Of a DNA stretch of 64,000 nt, positions 55,434 to 64,000 are shown piece after piece; position 1 is the first letter of the stretch; each line of letters starts with the position of its first letter. A program made the translations under genes and the position numbers. The DNA comes from Minisyncoccota bacterium. GTDB lineage: Bacteria > Patescibacteriota > Minisyncoccia > Phycocordibacterales > UBA9973. Location of the stretch: NCBI GenBank assembly GCA_041662525.1, contig JBAZSF010000001.1, positions 41,383 to 105,382 on the forward strand, in the 5' to 3' direction. A model generated the notes under the pieces. That model ran no database searches, was not told the origin of the DNA, and saw nothing but the letters and a program-made list of their open reading frames with translations.

Positions 55434-56783
55434 TTAAAATCCTTCTTCGTTCAACCTTTCATCTATTCTATTCATGTCTCTAGGAAACATACATGCTTCA
55501 CGAATATTTTTAAGTCCCAAAAGTTGCATAGTTATGCGCTCTGCTCCAAAAGAAAATCCTCCTTCTGGTGGAACCCCATATTTAAAAGCTTCAAGAAACA
55601 TTTTAATTTTATTTGGATCCATTTCCCAAAGTTTTACATGTTCGACAAGTTGTTCATAATTATTTATTCTGCGTCCACCAGAGAGCCATTCCACTCCACG
55701 ACATATCAGATCCATGCCTTCATTGTATTCTGGTTCGTCTGGATTTGGATAAACATAAAATGGTTTTTTGCGCGTAGGATATCCATAAATAAAAACGAAA
55801 TCGGAACCTGTCTCTTCTTTAATTATTTCAGAAATTTCTCTTTCATCTTGCGGATTGGTATCTTTTTCTCCTCGAACATCGCGACCAGATTTTTCAAAAA
55901 TTTTCTGTTGGACTTCTCTCAAAGAGAGAGACGGGGTTTTATCTAACATTATTGGAAGTGTAACATTCAATAATTTCAAATGTTCAGCATTTTTTATCTC
56001 TACTTGTTTTAAAATATATTTAAAAGTTTCTTCCGCCACGTCGCGTACATCAGTCCATGATTCTATAAAACCCATTTCAGCGTCTAGGCAAACAATCTCT
56101 GTCAAATGTCTGGTGGTCGATGAAGGCTCCGCGCGAAAAACCTTATTTACTGTAAAGCATCTCTCAAAAGCGGACATCACAATTTGCTTATAAAGTTGCG
56201 GGGATTGAGACAAATAAGCTTTCTTTCCGAAATAATCAAACTGAAAAACTTCTGCCCCACCCTCAGCCGCCGCCGGAGTGATGGAAGGCGCTTGAAATTC
56301 AAAAAACATATTTTGTTTCATAAATTCTCTAAAAGAATCAATAATCGTTTCTTGGATTTTAAAAATTGCTTGCACTTTTGGCTGTCTTAAAACCAATGCT
56401 CTATTGTCTAATTCGGTGGTAAGTTCTAAGTTATATCCATCAAGCGACATATCAAAAGGAAGCGCTTCTGCTTTTGCTAATACTTCAATCCCTACCACTT
56501 CCATCTCTACTTCCCCATTCAAAACTCCCGCTTTTATATTTTTTTCTGGACGTTTATTTACAATACCGGTAATTTTTAAAACCCATTCAGGACGAATTGT
56601 TTTTGCTACTTCTATCGCCTCAATATGGTTTGGTAAAGTAACACACTGCACTCGTCCAGTCATGTCTCGCATATCAAAAAAAACCATCTTCCCTTGATCC
56701 CGCCTGACATCTACCCAGCCGGCAATAATTATTTCCTTGCCAATATGATCTTTTAAATCTTTAATATATACTCGATTTTGCAT
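55434..56783 (-). CDS. aspS: class IIb aspartyl/asparaginyl-tRNA synthetase (archaeal/eukaryal-type AspRS or AsnRS)
   Basis: OB-fold N-terminus, motif 2 FRAEPSSTTRHLTE, motif 3 GGFSFGAERI; 449 aa. Confidence 0.85.
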   Translation of the reverse strand: MQNRVYIKDLKDHIGKEIIIAGWVDVRRDQGKMVFFDMRDMTGRVQCVTLPNHIEAIEVAKTIRPEWVLKITGIVNKRPEKNIKAGVLNGEVEMEVVGIEVLAKAEALPFDMSLDGYNLELTTELDNRALVLRQPKVQAIFKIQETIIDSFREFMKQNMFFEFQAPSITPAAAEGGAEVFQFDYFGKKAYLSQSPQLYKQIVMSAFERCFTVNKVFRAEPSSTTRHLTEIVCLDAEMGFIESWTDVRDVAEETFKYILKQVEIKNAEHLKLLNVTLPIMLDKTPSLSLREVQQKIFEKSGRDVRGEKDTNPQDEREISEIIKEETGSDFVFIYGYPTRKKPFYVYPNPDEPEYNEGMDLICRGVEWLSGGRRINNYEQLVEHVKLWEMDPNKIKMFLEAFKYGVPPEGGFSFGAERITMQLLGLKNIREACMFPRDMNRIDERLNEEGF

Positions 56784-56808
56784 AAAATTATTCTAACATA
56801 AATGACTT

Positions 56809-57828
56809 CTATTTCCCATTATGCCAAAGCTCGGTGACAGAATTGCCATTGTGTAAATTATCTATTACTTGCGCAATTAATTTCGCCGTAGAAATTACTT
56901 CCAAATTTTTTATTTTTTTTCGTACCTCTTCTCCTAGACAAGAATCCGTAAACCAAATACCAGAAAAATCTGCTTTGTTTAAATTCTCTATCGCATTACC
57001 AGAAAGCACAGCATGAGTGGTTGTAAAATAAACATCTTTTGCTCCGTTTTCTTTTAAAGTTTTGAGGGCTTTGATAGCTGTCCCACAAGTATCAGCCATA
57101 TCGTCCGGCATGATTATATTATATCCCCTCGGGTCCCCAATCACTTCCATGATTTCATTATGATTAGCTTTTTTAGGATCGCGAAATTTATTTATAATTA
57201 CAATATTGCCCGGAATTCCGAGTTGTTGCGCTAATCTTCTACAAGAAGGTGCCGCTCCTAAATCAGGCGCAACAATTTTAAATTTCTTCAAATCAAATTT
57301 CTTTGAACGAATGTGATTTAAAATAAGCGAATCTGTATTCACGTCCACCATAGGAATGGTTAGGGCGTGAGCGTTGTAGCTCGAAGGATTATGTAATTTC
57401 AAAACTACTATTCTGTGTGCCCCCGCCATCTGAAACCGCATTGGAATTTTTTGGGAAAGTACTGGCTCTCTGTGATTAGAAGATTCATCTTGTCTGGCAT
57501 AAGGCAAACATGGCATGACTACTGTTACTCGAAAAGGTTCGCCTTGTTTTAGAGCGAGAATCAAAGACTCGCATTCATCTAAATCATAAGAAAGTTTTTC
57601 TTTCTCGCCAAAACGAGGCTGGGAAATTATATAGACATCTCTATCTCGGACGGACTCTGTGTGATGCACTAAAAATTCTCCATTGCTGAATATTTTGTAA
57701 AAAAAGGGGTCTAATTTAGTTTTTAATAATTTAGCGACTTTTAAGGCAAGATCTTGATGGGTACCGCTAGCGTTTCCAAATAATTTTAAAGGGTAAGGGT
57801 TAAGGTTTGTCTGTTTTTGATTTTTCAT
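56809..57828 (-). CDS. prs: ribose-phosphate pyrophosphokinase
   Basis: PRPP-binding loop DDMADTCGTAIKA and N-terminal FSNGEF...VRDRDVYII. Confidence 0.85.
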   Translation of the reverse strand: MKNQKQTNLNPYPLKLFGNASGTHQDLALKVAKLLKTKLDPFFYKIFSNGEFLVHHTESVRDRDVYIISQPRFGEKEKLSYDLDECESLILALKQGEPFRVTVVMPCLPYARQDESSNHREPVLSQKIPMRFQMAGAHRIVVLKLHNPSSYNAHALTIPMVDVNTDSLILNHIRSKKFDLKKFKIVAPDLGAAPSCRRLAQQLGIPGNIVIINKFRDPKKANHNEIMEVIGDPRGYNIIMPDDMADTCGTAIKALKTLKENGAKDVYFTTTHAVLSGNAIENLNKADFSGIWFTDSCLGEEVRKKIKNLEVISTAKLIAQVIDNLHNGNSVTELWHNGK

Positions 57829-57893
57829 TACAAAAGTATTTTATCATAAGGATAAATAAAACAAAAACTTGCAAAAATACCGACGAGGACTTG

Positions 57894-57919
57894 ACCCCGT
57901 CGCTCGCGAGCGATGGGGT
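57894..57919. repeat. 26-nt GC-rich palindrome ACCCCGTCGCTCG-CGAGCGATGGGGT upstream of prs
   Basis: 13-bp stem with one G-U position; abuts a TTGACT -35 box. Confidence 0.5.
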
Positions 57920-58104
57920 TGACTTAAAAAAATTTTCATATATTATATTCTTAATGCAATCAAATATAGGTTTTAACAATTATTTCTTCTTTTTTAGCTT
58001 CTGGACCAAAGGTTCCAGAGTTCATTTCTGATATTGTTAAAATCATTCTAAACAAACATAACAATACAAGAAACGAGCCCTGGAACGGGCTCGTTTCTCT
58101 TTTC
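57919..58104 (+). promoter_or_regulatory. candidate promoter (TTGACT-16-TATTAT), ~150-nt leader with internal hairpin, and intrinsic terminator (58071-58104) upstream of the tandem paralog genes: attenuator-like leader or small RNA
   Basis: Terminator aaacgagccc-tggaa-cgggctcgttt + ctctttt. Upstream GGTTCCAG (58011) can pair with the CTGGAAC in the terminator (possible antiterminator). Confidence 0.35.
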
Positions 58105-58184
58105 AAGAGGAAATTTTCTTTGAAATCAAAATAAAAACAGCTATCTTTGATAGTTGAAAAGATAGAGAGAAAGGAGAAAGGAAA

Positions 58185-58613
58185 ATGACTCAAAAAGAAA
58201 AACAAAAAATAGTTTTTCGTAGTCTTCATGTGAATTTTGGCGACATGGTCGTCACTATTCACGAAATGAGTAGAGGGGGTGTCCTCTACTATTTTTTCAA
58301 CAATTTCGGAAGGTTTAAAGAAATATCTTTTCCGTCAGAAGAAGAGGTAGAGGAATTTTGTCAGGAACACCCTGATAAATTAGCTCCTAAGCTTTTTTCA
58401 ACCTTTTTTCTGTGCAAAAGAGAAAAAAGGTTTATCGTTATTAGGGTGGTAGTAAAAGATTTCCAAAAAATTGATCTGGAGGAGATTTCTCTAAGATCAA
58501 AGGAAGAATGGAGCCCTTGGCATAGGGTGGTAGTAGTGGTGCCACCAAAGAAATCTACAAAACAACAAACAGCTGTATTAGTAGCTACAAAAAACAAAGG
58601 GGGTAGTAAATAA
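58185..58613 (+). CDS. hypothetical protein (142 aa), tandem paralog A
   Basis: Strong SD AAAGGAG; shares FC-x-(E/D)HP(D/N)KLA, FFLCK and EWSP(W/L)H(R/W)VVVV(V/L)PP with the next gene. Confidence 0.5.
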   Translation: MTQKEKQKIVFRSLHVNFGDMVVTIHEMSRGGVLYYFFNNFGRFKEISFPSEEEVEEFCQEHPDKLAPKLFSTFFLCKREKRFIVIRVVVKDFQKIDLEEISLRSKEEWSPWHRVVVVVPPKKSTKQQTAVLVATKNKGGSK

Positions 58614-58614
58614 A

Positions 58615-59061
58615 ATGAAGAAAAAAGATAATTTTTATTTTTCAAAGGTAGGGTCGTTACTTGCAGTTAGAAAAAATAGCGTGCTTCGTAAAGCATACGA
58701 GAATTTATTCAACAGAAGTCCGCAAGTTATTTTTCGTGACCAGCATGTAGCTGGTTACGAAATGAGAGAAAGAGGCACTCTCGAAAATTTTTTCTCTAGC
58801 CTTGATCTCGGAAAAATTGAAAACCTTTGTTTCGAATTACGAAGCGAGATTGACGATTTTTGTCGAGACCACCCCAACAAATTGGCGAGGAATCGTCGTT
58901 ACACTTTTTTCCTCTGCAAAGAGGGGGGAAGTATAACAGTCATTCGCATCTGCGTGAATGACTACTCAGAACTCATTATTGATGAGTTTCCTATAAATTA
59001 TGGACTTGAGTGGAGTCCGTTGCATTGGGTGGTTGTTGTATTACCGCCCGAAAAGAAATAG
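58615..59061 (+). CDS. hypothetical protein (148 aa), tandem paralog B
   Basis: Starts 1 nt after the paralog A stop; same motif set. Confidence 0.5.
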   Translation: MKKKDNFYFSKVGSLLAVRKNSVLRKAYENLFNRSPQVIFRDQHVAGYEMRERGTLENFFSSLDLGKIENLCFELRSEIDDFCRDHPNKLARNRRYTFFLCKEGGSITVIRICVNDYSELIIDEFPINYGLEWSPLHWVVVVLPPEKK

Positions 59062-59080
59062 AAATATCGCTTTATCAATC

Positions 59081-59126
59081 ATGCCGCCCAGAGGTCTTCG
59101 ACCAAAAGGCGGCATTCTTATTTTAT
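59081..59126. terminator. terminator between the convergent paralog pair and trpA
   Basis: atgccgcc-(19)-ggcggcat followed by tcttatttta. Confidence 0.6.
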
Positions 59127-59909
59127 AACTTTATACATAAATTTATTAGCCTCTGATACGATTTCAGAATTTTTACTTTTTCTTATAACATCAATTATTG
59201 CACTTCCAATAATTCCTATTTCTGAATATCTTTTTATTAATTTTAAATCTTTTGATGAAGAAATACCAAAACCAACAGCAAGTGGAATTGAGGACCCACC
59301 TCTTACTCGCTCCAAATATAAACTAATATCTTTTGCAAATTTTTTACCTGTTCCTGTGGTTCCTTGCCTCGATGTGCAATAAATAAAACCACTCGCCAAT
59401 TTTTTAATTTCTTGAAGTCGATTATCTTCTATTGCCGGAGAAATTACATAAATAAGATGCACTCTTGCTTTTGTGGCATAATTTTGTAATGTTTTACACT
59501 CTTCTGTGTCATAAGGAAGGTCGGGAACAATCAGCCCAGAAACTCCAGAATCTTTACAAGCAACACAAAAACGCTCAATACCCATATGAATTAAAATATT
59601 TGCGTATGTCATTAAAACTACAGGTGTTTTAAGATTTTTACTCACAAATTTTGCCAACTCAAAACTATCTTTAATTCTTGTACCCGCATCAAGAGATTTC
59701 TGGCAAGCCTCAACGATTAATGTGCCGTCAGCCATTGGATCAGAAAAAGGGATTTGAATTTCTATAATATTTGCCCCGCCTTTTACTAAAGCTTTAGCAA
59801 TTCTTTTTGAAAGTGAAAATGTTGGGTAACCCGTCACCAAATGTGCCATTACTCCAATTCTTTTTCTCTCTTTAATTTTTTCTATAACGATATCAATTTT
59901 ATTTTTCAT
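59118..59909 (-). CDS. trpA: tryptophan synthase alpha chain
   Basis: TIM-barrel TrpA with conserved YxNP-like region (YANILIH...GVSGLIVPDLP) and C-terminal GFGISS. Confidence 0.85.
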   Translation of the reverse strand: MKNKIDIVIEKIKERKRIGVMAHLVTGYPTFSLSKRIAKALVKGGANIIEIQIPFSDPMADGTLIVEACQKSLDAGTRIKDSFELAKFVSKNLKTPVVLMTYANILIHMGIERFCVACKDSGVSGLIVPDLPYDTEECKTLQNYATKARVHLIYVISPAIEDNRLQEIKKLASGFIYCTSRQGTTGTGKKFAKDISLYLERVRGGSSIPLAVGFGISSSKDLKLIKRYSEIGIIGSAIIDVIRKSKNSEIVSEANKFMYKVIK

Positions 59910-61131
59910 ATCTTTTTATTTCTTCAACGAGAAACTTTTTAAATTCTTTATTATTAATAAAACGAGTAATGTTAAAAAGATCTTTATCTCCTCTTCCTGA
60001 CACATTCACAACCACAATTTTCTTTTTTGATAATGTTGGTAAAATTTTAAAAGCAGAAGCAAGTGCATGGGAAGACTCAAGAGCTGGAATAATTCCTTCA
60101 TATTTAGCCGTTATTTGAAAAGCTTCTATGGCTTCCTTGTCAGATGCAGATTGAAGCTCTATCCTTTTGTTTTTATAAAATTCTACAAGTTCAGGGCCCA
60201 TCCCTGGATAATCAAGACCAGCTGCAATACTATCTGTCGGAGCAATGTGTCCTTCTTTCGTTTGAAGAAACAATGATTTATATCCTTGAAAAATCCCCAA
60301 ACTTCCATTTTCTTTTCTTATTGCATTTTCTCCTATCTTTTTCCCAACTCCCCCTGCTTCTACACCAACAAGCCTGACATTTCTATTTTTTATAAAATCA
60401 TAAAATGCTCCAATCGCATTACTACCACCACCCACACAAGCAAATACAAAATCTGGAAGTTTTTGTTCTTTTTTTTCTAACTGTTTTTTAATTTCTTTTC
60501 CAATAATTGACTGAAAAGTTCGATTCATAATAGGATATGGGTGAGGACCAAGCACAGAACCAATCACATAATAACTTTCATCAGAATTTCCCATCCAATA
60601 TTTAAGCGCCTCATTTACAGCATCTTTTAAAGTCTTACTACCCGAAGAAACACTTATTACTTCAGCTCCCAATTGCTCCATCCAAAAAACATTTGGTCTT
60701 TGACGAGCAATGTCTTTTTCGCCCATAAAAATTTTACATTTAAAACCAAATTTTGCTGCAATAGTCGCAGTAGCTACTCCATGTTGGCCAGCACCTGTTT
60801 CTGCAATAAGTTCTTTTTTGCCAAGTCTTTTAGCAATAAGCGCCTGTCCAATACAATGAGTAATCTTGTGAGCACCTGTATGATTTGCTCCCTCATTTTT
60901 AAAATATAATTTTGCCCCTCCAAAATGTTTTGTAAGATTTTCTGCATAAATCAGAGGGGTGGGGCGCCCACTATATGAATCTAGAAGTTCAAAAAATTCT
61001 TTCTGAAATTTTTTATCTTTCATAGCTTTTTTAAATTCAGTTTCTATTTCCTTAAGCGCATGAACAAGCATTTCTGGTATGTAAGCTCCACCATATTGAC
61101 CAAAGTATCCATTTTTTGTTTTTGTTTTCAT
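59899..61131 (-). CDS. trpB: tryptophan synthase beta chain
   Basis: GQYGGAYIPE, HTGAHKI (PLP Lys), GAGQHGVATA motifs. Confidence 0.9.
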   Translation of the reverse strand: MKTKTKNGYFGQYGGAYIPEMLVHALKEIETEFKKAMKDKKFQKEFFELLDSYSGRPTPLIYAENLTKHFGGAKLYFKNEGANHTGAHKITHCIGQALIAKRLGKKELIAETGAGQHGVATATIAAKFGFKCKIFMGEKDIARQRPNVFWMEQLGAEVISVSSGSKTLKDAVNEALKYWMGNSDESYYVIGSVLGPHPYPIMNRTFQSIIGKEIKKQLEKKEQKLPDFVFACVGGGSNAIGAFYDFIKNRNVRLVGVEAGGVGKKIGENAIRKENGSLGIFQGYKSLFLQTKEGHIAPTDSIAAGLDYPGMGPELVEFYKNKRIELQSASDKEAIEAFQITAKYEGIIPALESSHALASAFKILPTLSKKKIVVVNVSGRGDKDLFNITRFINNKEFKKFLVEEIKRYEK

Positions 61132-61190
61132 ATTAAAAATTAGTTATTAATAATTTAAGCCAGCAGTGGTCCTCTCGGGCACTGCTGGCT
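61132..61190 (-). terminator. intrinsic terminator / attenuator hairpin immediately upstream of trpB
   Basis: Minus-strand agccagcagtg-(11)-cactgctggct, an 11-bp perfect stem, followed by a U-rich tract (ttaaattattaataactaattttt). Confidence 0.65.
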
Positions 61191-61198
61191 AACATCGA

Positions 61199-61414
61199 TC
61201 ACAACCCTATTATGCTACCCCAGCCATCTCTGGGACGCTCTATTGTCATACGAGTCTGTGGTTCTTTGTCCAAAGATTCACGTATGACCAAAGAGATATT
61301 GCATGTTTTGCAAAAACCCAACCAAACCTTAGGCATATCCTCAATAAAGACAACTCTGCTCTTACATTTTGGACATATTTTTACCGGAAGTTGAATTCTT
61401 TCTTCAAGCAACAT
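61199..61414 (-). CDS. small zinc-ribbon protein (71 aa) encoded in the trpB leader
   Basis: SD AAAGGAGG; ICPKCKSR...FCKTCNIS has two CxxC pairs. Confidence 0.45.
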   Translation of the reverse strand: MLLEERIQLPVKICPKCKSRVVFIEDMPKVWLGFCKTCNISLVIRESLDKEPQTRMTIERPRDGWGSIIGL

Positions 61415-61665
61415 AAAGACCTCCTTTCAAAGAACAAAATCAGCGCTTTTTATTGCGCTGTTTAATGGATTGCTTTTTTAGATTATATATAAAAGAAATC
61501 AACAGAATAGCGCAAAAACGTTTACCTTTGCGCCCCACCAAGAATTTAATTTATAAATTTCTTGTTTTTTATTTTGTTGATTTTTACTCAATATCATCAT
61601 ACTAGTATGCTAGTATATATAAAAAATAAAAGCAAGTATATAAATAATATAACTGTGGAAAACTT
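61415..61665 (-). promoter_or_regulatory. trp leader region: candidate promoter overlapped by palindrome ATACTAGTAT-gc-TAGTATAT (61598-61618), then two hairpins with U-rich tails before the leader ORF
   Basis: ACTAGT core as in the E. coli trp operator; hairpins gcgcaaa-(10)-tttgcgc and cagcgc-aataaaaa-gcgctg on the minus strand. Confidence 0.45.
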
Positions 61666-61962
61666 TTATTTCAAAACTTTTAAAGCTCGTCTGAGCCCTC
61701 CTTCTTTTTTGCGCATTTCACGAGATCCACGAGTAACTGTTGCTACTCCTAAATGTAAAGCTTCAGCGATAGCCTGATGATGCTCCCCTTCTGCTAGGCG
61801 CTTTACTATTTGCCACCTTACTCCAATATTATCGAACTCTCTCGGTGTTAAAATATCTTTCACAAAATCACCCAAAAGAGCTTTATCTTTGGAGATTTTA
61901 TGAATCACTTCAATTACTTCTTTTTTATATTGTTCTGAATTATTTTTCATACTAGTATACAT
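61666..61962 (-). CDS. TrpR-like protein, YerC/YecD family (second copy)
   Basis: ILTPREFDNIGVRWQIVKRLAEGEHHQAIAEALHLGVATVTRGSRE: HTH of the YerC/YecD family. The start overlaps the trpS end, and that overlap contains ATACTAGTATAC. Confidence 0.75.
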   Translation of the reverse strand: MYTSMKNNSEQYKKEVIEVIHKISKDKALLGDFVKDILTPREFDNIGVRWQIVKRLAEGEHHQAIAEALHLGVATVTRGSREMRKKEGGLRRALKVLK

Positions 61963-62923
61963 TCACCCCGATCTTTTCTCGCACTTCGGTCATTTTTTTA
62001 GAAGCGACGATTTTTGCTTTTTCGCCACCAGCTTTTAAGATTTCAAGGGCTTTAGGTATATCTTTTTCAAATTCTTTTCTCTTCTCTCGAAGTGGTGCTA
62101 TAAATTTTTCTAAATCTTCTATCAGCATTTCTTTCAGTTCCTTATACTTACCAGCTTTTTCTGCGTAAATCTTTTTTAGCTCTTCTTCTGAACGAAAGAG
62201 TTTGTGAATAGCATAAACATTTTGTGGAATTCCCCCACTAGAATCCGTCACAATGCTCATCACGCATTTTTTTATTTCTTCATATTCTGCAAAAAGCGGA
62301 ATGGTGTTACCATAACTTTTACTCATCTTTCTGCCATCTGTTCCAGGCACAATTGCTACTTCTTTCATAATCATTGGCTCTGGCAATTTGAAAGTCTGAC
62401 TTTCTGTCTGATTCCCTTCCCCATAAATATTATTAAATTTCTCGGCTATATCACGAGCAATCTCTACATGCTGTTTTTGATCAGCTCCCACCGGTACAAG
62501 ATCAGGACTATACATCAAAATATCAGCCGCCATTAAAACCGGATAATTAAAAGTACCTACATCGATTTCTTTATTCTTTGCCTCTGCATCTTTAAAAGCA
62601 TGCGCTCGCATTAGAAATGGCATGGTGGTAATGGTGTCGAAAATCCAGGCAAGCTCTGTGTGTTCAGAAATATCACTTTGCTTGAAAAATGTCACTTTTT
62701 TGGGATCAAGACCAATGGTTAAATAATCAAGCAAAACATTTTTTATATTTTCCTTCATTTCCTTAGGATTACGAAGAGAATGCAAAGCATGATAATCGGC
62801 TATAAAAACAAAGCCGTCATGCTCATTTTGCAGGTCCACGAATTGCTTCATCGCCCCAAAATAGTTGCCAATATGTGGCTTTCCTGAAGGCTGAACTCCT
62901 GATAAGAATATTTTTTTAGACAT
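61952..62923 (-). CDS. trpS: tryptophan--tRNA ligase
   Basis: GVQPSGKPHIGNYFGA (HIGH-like) and KMSKS. Confidence 0.9.
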   Translation of the reverse strand: MSKKIFLSGVQPSGKPHIGNYFGAMKQFVDLQNEHDGFVFIADYHALHSLRNPKEMKENIKNVLLDYLTIGLDPKKVTFFKQSDISEHTELAWIFDTITTMPFLMRAHAFKDAEAKNKEIDVGTFNYPVLMAADILMYSPDLVPVGADQKQHVEIARDIAEKFNNIYGEGNQTESQTFKLPEPMIMKEVAIVPGTDGRKMSKSYGNTIPLFAEYEEIKKCVMSIVTDSSGGIPQNVYAIHKLFRSEEELKKIYAEKAGKYKELKEMLIEDLEKFIAPLREKRKEFEKDIPKALEILKAGGEKAKIVASKKMTEVREKIGVNVY

Positions 62924-62980
62924 ATTTATATATTATCATAATTGTCCACATTTTAATAACATCTTTGCTAACTTTTAGGC

Positions 62981-63008
62981 TTTGCTATTCATTCAATTGT
63001 GCTAGAAT
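62981..63008 (+). promoter_or_regulatory. promoter TTTGCT-16-TGcTAGAAT (extended -10) ending 6 nt before the dnaB ATG (leaderless)
   Basis: tttgctattcattcaattgtgctagaat; ATG at 63015. Confidence 0.4.
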
Positions 63009-63014
63009 GACGTA

Positions 63015-64000
63015 ATGGTTAAGGTAATAAAAAATAATAATCTACGCATCCCCCCACAAAGCATCCCTTCTGAACAGGCAGTTCTCGGTTCTATAATGCT
63101 CCGCAAAGATGCGATGCATGAAGTAGAAGACATGGTCACACCGGACTCTTTTTATGTTGAAAAACATAAAAAAATTTTTCAGGCGATGCTTGATTTGTCG
63201 GCAAAAAATGAACCGATCGACATGCTTTCCCTCTCTACAAAATTAAAAGAACAAAAACTCCTCGAAGGAGTCGGTGGTAACCAATATTTAGCTGAAATTG
63301 TAAACGTTGTTCCTTCGAGTACTAACATCAAACATTATGCTGATATTGTCCAAAAAAAATATGTTCTGCGAAGTTTGATAGAGGCAGCAGACTATGTATC
63401 TGAACTTGCTTTTGAAGAAGGAGATGACCACATGGATGACATTTTAGATATGGCGGAAAAGAGAATTTTCGGTGTAGTTTCATCTCCGAAAAATCAAAAA
63501 TATGTGAACTTAAAAGATGCCTTGCCAGAAGCCTATGAGCGTTTGGAAAAATTACACGAAACTAAAGGTATGCTTCGAGGGTTAGCCACTGGATTTAAAG
63601 ATTTAGACAGCATGCTCTCTGGGTTGCAAAAATCAGACTTGGTTATCTTGGCAGCTAGACCAAGTATGGGTAAGACTACTCTCGCCTTAGACATAGCCCG
63701 CATGTCTGGAGTATTACATGAAAAATCTATTTTAATATTTTCCTTAGAAATGTCTTCTCAACAATTAGTGGACAGAATGCTCTCTGCTGAAAGCCGAGTG
63801 AATGCTTGGAATCTGCGTACAGGGCATTTGTCTTCTGATCGAGATTTTTCTCAATTGCGAGACTCGTTAGATAAACTCGCTAAAGCAAAAATCTATATTG
63901 ATGATCAACCTGGAAATTCTATTGTTAAAATGAAAGCTCTTTCTCGCAGACTCAAAGCAGAAAAAGGACTCGATCTCATTGTGGTGGATTATTTACAGCT
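63015..64000 (+). CDS. dnaB: replicative DNA helicase, 3'-partial (runs off the window end)
   Basis: N-terminal PPQSIPSEQAVLGSIML, then Walker A ILAARPSMGKTTLALD and LFSLEMS. Confidence 0.9.
   Translation, partial: MVKVIKNNNLRIPPQSIPSEQAVLGSIMLRKDAMHEVEDMVTPDSFYVEKHKKIFQAMLDLSAKNEPIDMLSLSTKLKEQKLLEGVGGNQYLAEIVNVVPSSTNIKHYADIVQKKYVLRSLIEAADYVSELAFEEGDDHMDDILDMAEKRIFGVVSSPKNQKYVNLKDALPEAYERLEKLHETKGMLRGLATGFKDLDSMLSGLQKSDLVILAARPSMGKTTLALDIARMSGVLHEKSILIFSLEMSSQQLVDRMLSAESRVNAWNLRTGHLSSDRDFSQLRDSLDKLAKAKIYIDDQPGNSIVKMKALSRRLKAEKGLDLIVVDYLQ

Noticed and set aside
57807-58031. 74-aa ORF in the prs upstream / leader region
   Set aside because: Phe/Asn-rich low-complexity translation of AT-rich spacer. 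The region is better explained as promoter plus leader RNA.
61415-61665. T-box riboswitch in the trp leader
   Set aside because: Only a weak partial resemblance (AGGGUUGUGAUCG vs AGGGUGGNACCGCG) and no specifier-loop/antiterminator arrangement that I could recognise.
1-64000. CRISPR array
   Set aside because: No regularly spaced direct repeats. The GC-rich repeats are irregularly scattered palindromes, not repeat-spacer units, and no cas genes are present.

Overview
This is a 64-kb AT-rich bacterial chromosomal segment of roughly 32% GC, dense in housekeeping genes with short overlapping junctions. Gene content and the small-genome style (short dnaX, many leaderless-looking promoters) are consistent with a reduced-genome, possibly Patescibacteria/CPR-like organism, but that is inference. 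I identified roughly 70 CDS and one tRNA-Gln. The core of the window is a nearly complete de novo purine pathway in one supercluster: purL-[Cys-rich ORF]-purQ-purF-purN-purD, a convergent purA-guaB unit, then guaA, purH, purE-purM-purC-purB. There is also a cell-wall block (mrdA, CAP-domain protein, mltG, ctpA; mraY-ftsW-murG on the minus strand), rplI/rpmA, gltX, scpAB, pepA, aspS, prs, trpS/trpBA with two TrpR-like YerC/YecD genes, and the dnaB 5' end. Six things are most unusual. (1) Two paralogous ~590-aa proteins with about 50 Cys each and no recognisable catalytic domain; one is translationally coupled inside the pur operon. (2) A family of GC-rich palindromic elements in this AT-rich DNA, three of them inserted in frame inside dnaX, purL and guaA, as with Rickettsia palindromic elements. 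(3) Two ~120-nt inverted-repeat elements with shared ATCCCGTTAGA termini filling the mraY/ftsW and ftsW/murG junctions exactly from stop codon to start codon. (4) A 5'-partial NOX/ferric-reductase-like oxidoreductase next to a secreted tandem cytochrome-b5 protein. (5) A trp locus carrying a TrpR-like gene, an operator-like ATACTAGTAT palindrome, a leader ORF and an attenuator-like terminator. (6) A tandem pair of unknown paralogous genes behind a promoter-plus-terminator leader. msrB appears frameshifted.
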